This document shows, one piece after another, positions 35,534-39,339 of a stretch of 39,339 nucleotides of DNA. Position 1 is the first letter of the stretch. Each line of letters starts with the position of its first letter. This DNA is from a virus. Lineage: Duplodnaviria > Caudoviricetes. A model generated the notes under the pieces. It did not search any database. It was given only the letters and a program-made list of their open reading frames with translations, and had not been told where the DNA came from. The stretch lies in IMG/VR virus record IMGVR_UViG_3300030325_000017, positions 1-39,339 of that record. One strand, written 5' to 3'. Both the position numbers and the translations under genes were made by a program.

Positions 35534-36166
35534 TCAGCTAATGCTTACGCCGTCTTTATCGGTGAGCGGGCGAGCTTGGCCTAGTGGCTTGGCATCTGCA
35601 GATACACCCATGCCGGCCAGCTCCCTGGCGTTGCTTTCGCGCACGCCGGAGATCCAGGTTGGGCTGATCTCGTCGGAACCCATATACTCCCAGGTGTGCT
35701 GGTGCTCGTCGACGACCAGGTTGCCGGAGGCATCCTCCCATCCCACGAGTTCCTCTACCTGGGCGGTGCTCCCGTCCTTTAGTTTTTTCGTAACCTTGCG
35801 GTAGGGGGGGCCGGACTTGGCGACCGGATTTCCGTTCTGATCCACACCCCATTCGCACTTATGGTAGTGGCCATAGCCGAAGTCGGTCTGGGTCAGGTTT
35901 CGCCCGCGGTTGTCGATGGTATGGAAGAAATGCTTGTGCTCAAAATCCTCCAGCTTGGGCCGGAATGGCTGGTAGCTCACATTCTTCCTTCCCTTCTCGA
36001 TCGAGGAGCGGAAGATGCGGTGGATGAATGTGCGGTTTGACCGGAATACGTCGCGCGTTGCGGGAGCGGATTTCTCTTGCGGTGTAGTGGCGGGAAGCGT
36101 GCTGGGATTTTCTGTCGCGGTGGTTTGGTTACTGTTGTTGTGGTTTGCCTGATTGGCTCTGCTCAT
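35534..36166 (-). CDS. Hypothetical protein with HxH motifs, first gene of late arm
   Basis: GAGGAGG RBS; HKHFFH, GHYH, HQH. Confidence 0.7.
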   Translation of the reverse strand: MSRANQANHNNSNQTTATENPSTLPATTPQEKSAPATRDVFRSNRTFIHRIFRSSIEKGRKNVSYQPFRPKLEDFEHKHFFHTIDNRGRNLTQTDFGYGHYHKCEWGVDQNGNPVAKSGPPYRKVTKKLKDGSTAQVEELVGWEDASGNLVVDEHQHTWEYMGSDEISPTWISGVRESNARELAGMGVSADAKPLGQARPLTDKDGVSIS

Positions 36167-36278
36167 CGGGTTCCTCCTCGGGCGTTTGCCCGTCAGAGAT
36201 CAGGATGAGGAACTATAAAAGCATCCGCCAAATGGTAGCGTGAAAATAAATCATTTGGCAGGGGTCGATTCTTTTGAT

Positions 36279-37166
36279 CTATCGCCAGTCGAACTGAAGA
36301 CCGGCCTGGATTAACAGGGCCGAAGAATCGCTGTAGGGAAGCCGCGCACTGCCTATGTCGATATTTCCGCTGGTTGCGTAAATCCATGAGAGATCGAACT
36401 GGATATCCGTGTTCTTGGCTACCGGGATTTCCACGCCAAGGGCGGGGCCCACTATAAAGCTGGTCCCTGAGCCCTCTATTTGAAGGCTTGGTGAGGAAAT
36501 ATCGGCGTGGAATATTCCCACGCCGCTTCTAGCTCCGAAGTAGGCAGGTGAGCCGAACAGGTGTCGAGAGAAGATTTCCGCCGAGAATGCATAAATTCTT
36601 GAGTCGGCGTTTATGGATCCGATTCGCAAACTTTCTCCCTTGGTTTCAAAAATAAGTCCCATGGAAAATGTTCCCTTATCGCTCTCCACGAGGTCGCCGC
36701 CGACGCGGGCGCCGAAGACGAAAAAGTTATAGTTTTTCCTTGAAGTACTAAGTCCCTCGCCAGCCAGTAGACCAGCGTATTTATTCCCTCTCTTTTGAGG
36801 TTCTTCTTTCCCTTCGATTTCATTCTTTTCAGCCTGGGATTGTTTGGGCGGCTCGTACTTTCTCAAAAGATCTTCGGCTTTCTGGCTTGCCGAGAGATTG
36901 CTGAGCGCCAGTGAATCGCCTTGCTTGATGCCAGAAATGGAAGATGGTTTTAGAACGAGCATGTCACCGTCAATTTCCTTGACCTCGAATTTTACGCCGC
37001 TAGGGGACGATAGAGTCTGCCCAATCTTGATGCCCTCGATCGGGGCCTTCAATGTCGCCACCACATTCTCTTTGCCGACCACGGATACCTCGGCGCTTAT
37101 TGGCGGATCATCTGCGAGGGCGCTAAAGGAAACGAGTGCGGTAATAACCAGAATTATCTTATTCAT
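36279..37166 (-). CDS. Outer-membrane beta-barrel protein with extra N-terminal domain
   Basis: Signal peptide MNKIILVITALVSFSALA|D; alternating amphipathic strands; C-terminal IQAGLQFDW beta-signal-like strand. Confidence 0.78.
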   Translation of the reverse strand: MNKIILVITALVSFSALADDPPISAEVSVVGKENVVATLKAPIEGIKIGQTLSSPSGVKFEVKEIDGDMLVLKPSSISGIKQGDSLALSNLSASQKAEDLLRKYEPPKQSQAEKNEIEGKEEPQKRGNKYAGLLAGEGLSTSRKNYNFFVFGARVGGDLVESDKGTFSMGLIFETKGESLRIGSINADSRIYAFSAEIFSRHLFGSPAYFGARSGVGIFHADISSPSLQIEGSGTSFIVGPALGVEIPVAKNTDIQFDLSWIYATSGNIDIGSARLPYSDSSALLIQAGLQFDWR

Positions 37167-37445
37167 GCTGTGTATATCGGAATTGATTTAACTTACTTTA
37201 GTCCGCGAATATGAATTGAACTGGTGGGGATTGGTGCCGTGTATCGAATGGCCGCCTGGCCGCCATGATACTTATGGCGGAAACTCCATATTTTCTAAAT
37301 AAATAATATTATGGGCCGATAAAAAATATATATGCTTCATAGAGATTATTCCGAAAAGGCGCTAGAAATCACCGACCAGATCATGGACCTGACCTGTGAT
37401 CTAAGGAAGATTCTGCTTATGCATGAGCGCGAACTACGCGCGCTT

Positions 37446-37892
37446 CTAGCCCGCCGAGGGCTTGCTCTTATTGACGGCGGCGGCGATGGGGTCTCCGCTA
37501 CGGCGGAGAGCGCGGAGGGCATTGCTGAGAGTGTCGTCGTCCATGTCGGGGGAGATGATTAGCCGAATGGCCTCGAGCCTGTCACCGGCGATTCCAAAAT
37601 TTTCGAGCACTGCGATGGTAAGTTCCTCTCGAGTTGGATCACGTGGCGCAGCGAATGTAATTGGTTCATCTCCAATTAGCCCGGCAAGGTTAGTTCCTAG
37701 ATGTCTAGCCAGCGCCCTTAGCTGATCAATTGTGGGGCCGCCCTCTTGATTTTCCGTCTGATTTTCCCATCGGTGAATCTGCCTCTGGTTGGTGCTCATT
37801 ACCGAGGCCCACTTCTCCTGAGTCTCCCGTCGTTCAAGCCTAACCCTTTTTAGCCATTTATTTAATGATTCCAAGTGATTACGTGCCAGCAC
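37446..37892 (-). CDS. CI-like XRE HTH repressor
   Basis: LKRVRLERRETQEKWA...QRQIHRWEN...PTIDQLRALARHLG; divergent from cro-like gene; no S24 peptidase domain visible. Confidence 0.85.
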   Translation of the reverse strand: MLARNHLESLNKWLKRVRLERRETQEKWASVMSTNQRQIHRWENQTENQEGGPTIDQLRALARHLGTNLAGLIGDEPITFAAPRDPTREELTIAVLENFGIAGDRLEAIRLIISPDMDDDTLSNALRALRRSGDPIAAAVNKSKPSAG

Positions 37893-37912
37893 AGGAATAT
37901 TCCCTTATGCAT

Positions 37913-37942
37913 TTGACATAAACATGCCAAAAATGGCATAAT
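37913..37942 (+). promoter_or_regulatory. Sigma70-type rightward (PR-like) promoter
   Basis: TTGACA - 18 bp - CATAAT with TGn extension, 10 bp before the cro-like ATG. Confidence 0.7.
37924..37939. promoter_or_regulatory. Putative repressor operator
   Basis: Perfect ATGCCA-N4-TGGCAT inverted repeat in the promoter spacer; degenerate copy GTGCCA-N4-AGGAAT at 37883-37898. Confidence 0.65.
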
Positions 37943-37952
37943 TGTATTCAAG

Positions 37953-38171
37953 ATGACGGACAGCACTGAATTACTACGGATCCAAGAAACGATCGGGGCA
38001 CGCGACGAGGAACTCGCAGCGCTCGCCAGGCTTTCCAAAACGACCCTCCGCCGGGCTCTACGGGGCCAGGCTTCCGAGAGGTCAACACGAAGGGCCTTAG
38101 AGGCACTAGAGTCCTTTAGGGCGAGCCGAATCGACCATCTTACGAATACAAAGTGTAAGGCGGTCGGGTAG
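37953..38171 (+). CDS. Cro-like HTH protein
   Basis: EELAALARLSKTTLRRALRG; divergent from repressor. Confidence 0.75.
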   Translation: MTDSTELLRIQETIGARDEELAALARLSKTTLRRALRGQASERSTRRALEALESFRASRIDHLTNTKCKAVG

Positions 38172-38246
38172 TTACCACAAAGCGTTACGCAATGCAACGT
38201 AAGGGATTTTTCCCTAGGGCACGGTATTGCCCGGAAAGGACGATAA

Positions 38247-38465
38247 ATGCGGACATACGAGATTTCCGAAACCGATGTCAAAGCCATAGAAGAGGCCACT
38301 TTCGTCCTACGCGACCATATCCAGGCTAGGGGAGCACAGACCGAGGAATCCCTAGAAGAGACGCGTAAGGCGCTTTCTGGGCTCCTTGGTATCATTCCCA
38401 AGGCGGTTGTTTCGCCTATCCCTGCCCGCCCTTGGCGCGGGCCTGAAACTCCGGGGGCCGCCTAA
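38247..38465 (+). CDS. Hypothetical protein
   Basis: AAGGA RBS; TAATG coupling. Confidence 0.65.
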   Translation: MRTYEISETDVKAIEEATFVLRDHIQARGAQTEESLEETRKALSGLLGIIPKAVVSPIPARPWRGPETPGAA

Positions 38466-38785
38466 TGAAAACGAAGGCCGATCTAATTCGAATTAGCAGG
38501 GCATTTGAACTTCTTAAGTCAGCGATAGAGGCGGGTGAAGCGCATCTACTTCAAACATGTCCAATAGAGGTCAGCTACAACGGGCTTTACTGGAGTCCGA
38601 AGAATAAGCGGATTTGGCATGAGGCGAAAGACCGACCTTTGTCGGAGCTTCCCCTAACCGAGCGACTGGTGGCTGCGAAGAGCATACCAAGTTTTTTGGA
38701 TCGTGCAGATACGAACACAGAAGAATTCTGCCGTGCTGTCGAGGATCTCCTGGGTCCCAAGGACCTGCCGAAGGAGGACGCATGA
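38465..38785 (+). CDS. Hypothetical protein, paralog of 1610..1945
   Basis: About 53 identities in the first 100 aa by manual ungapped alignment. Confidence 0.85.
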   Translation: MKTKADLIRISRAFELLKSAIEAGEAHLLQTCPIEVSYNGLYWSPKNKRIWHEAKDRPLSELPLTERLVAAKSIPSFLDRADTNTEEFCRAVEDLLGPKDLPKEDA

Positions 38786-39009
38786 GCACACTCGAATACA
38801 TGTGCCTGTTTCTTGCCGCCTATATTTTTGGGGCGTTCGTTCTAACCGTGATTATGGTGGTCTTTATCAAAAATATCGAAAAGGCACCACCCATGCTCGG
38901 ATTTTGTATTGGCACATGGCCTATTAGCATTCCTGTTTTGTTGATATTGCTTTCTGCTGTTTTTACGGGAAATTTTATCAAGTCTCTTCGAGAGAAGCTC
39001 ATAACATGA
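38782..39009 (+). CDS. Small two-TM membrane protein
   Basis: Two hydrophobic segments, WP motif, ATGA overlaps. Confidence 0.7.
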   Translation: MSTLEYMCLFLAAYIFGAFVLTVIMVVFIKNIEKAPPMLGFCIGTWPISIPVLLILLSAVFTGNFIKSLREKLIT

Positions 39010-39218
39010 GCAATACCACTCTCCACGCCAAAGCCTTTAACGGCACCGCTCCTGTAGAGCGCCTTTGCGAGCACGACGACTGCAAGGAATTGGCGCCTTC
39101 GCGCGACGGCTACGACTACTGCGAGACGCACGTTGATTACTACTACTGCGAGTGCGGCCAGCGTTTGGAAGACGCGGCGGGTAGTCCTGGGGACGGTTTC
39201 TGCGTGAGGTGCCGATGA
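39006..39218 (+). CDS. Small Cys-rich Zn-binding protein
   Basis: CEHDDC, YCETH, CECG, CVRC. Confidence 0.7.
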   Translation: MSNTTLHAKAFNGTAPVERLCEHDDCKELAPSRDGYDYCETHVDYYYCECGQRLEDAAGSPGDGFCVRCR

Positions 39219-39339
39219 AGCCCGGCCCGATTACCAGTCTCTGCGCGCCCGCCTATTCCGCGCCGGTCTACAAGATCGAAAGCTATGTGCCTGGGCGCTA
39301 CCGCGAGACGGTCGAGAGCGAATCCGTAAAGGAGGGCCT
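39215..39339 (+). CDS. 53-aa ORF wrapping the circular junction (continues 1..37)
   Basis: ATGA overlap at 39215; frame continues CT|C GAC GAC TTA... to TGA 35-37, overlapping the ATG at 34. Confidence 0.7.
   Translation, partial: MKPGPITSLCAPAYSAPVYKIESYVPGRYRETVESESVKEG

Larger units (their letters stand above)
1..39339. mobile_element. Complete circular temperate tailed phage genome (siphovirus-like), excised/attP form
   Basis: Terminase, portal, capsid, tail tube, tape measure, integrase and CI/Cro all present; no sheath gene; no host genes; ORF continuous across the 39339/1 junction; phage genes on both sides of the tRNA-derived att core. Confidence 0.93.

Noticed and set aside
36210-36235. 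Sigma54 late promoter
   Set aside because: TGGC is present on the minus strand but there is no GC at the required -12 spacing
1-39339. Specific host assignment (overall impression of a Bdellovibrionota-like host)
   Set aside because: Based only on general resemblance of the fibre and membrane proteins; needs a search with the attP tRNA fragment

Overview
The window appears to be the complete, circular (unintegrated) genome of a temperate siphovirus-like tailed phage of about 39.3 kb. A 53-aa ORF runs across the end/start junction with ATGA overlaps on both sides. It has two converging arms. The rightward (+) arm runs cro-like gene, small genes, RecT-like recombinase, tyrosine integrase, attP, HNH, RusA, replication protein and putative origin, GH24 lysozyme, pentapeptide protein, then a mosaic array of small genes. 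The leftward (-) arm runs ParB-like protein, m6A methyltransferase, terminase, portal, scaffold, capsid, tail, fibre and a holin/spanin-like cluster, with a CI-like repressor and an outer-membrane beta-barrel gene at the switch. Most unusual points: (1) two apparent virion proteins (capsid decoration-like and tail fibre-like) carry Sec-type signal peptides, and the late arm ends in a Wzy_C-type O-antigen ligase/O-oligosaccharyltransferase gene, suggesting periplasmic export and possibly glycosylation of virion parts; (2) attP is the 5' half (not the usual 3' half) of tRNA-Ala(GGC), lies mid early operon and inside an ORF; (3) the endolysin is separated from the lysis cluster. All calls are by eye from motifs and synteny, with no database searches. 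The host is Gram-negative by inference and otherwise unidentified.
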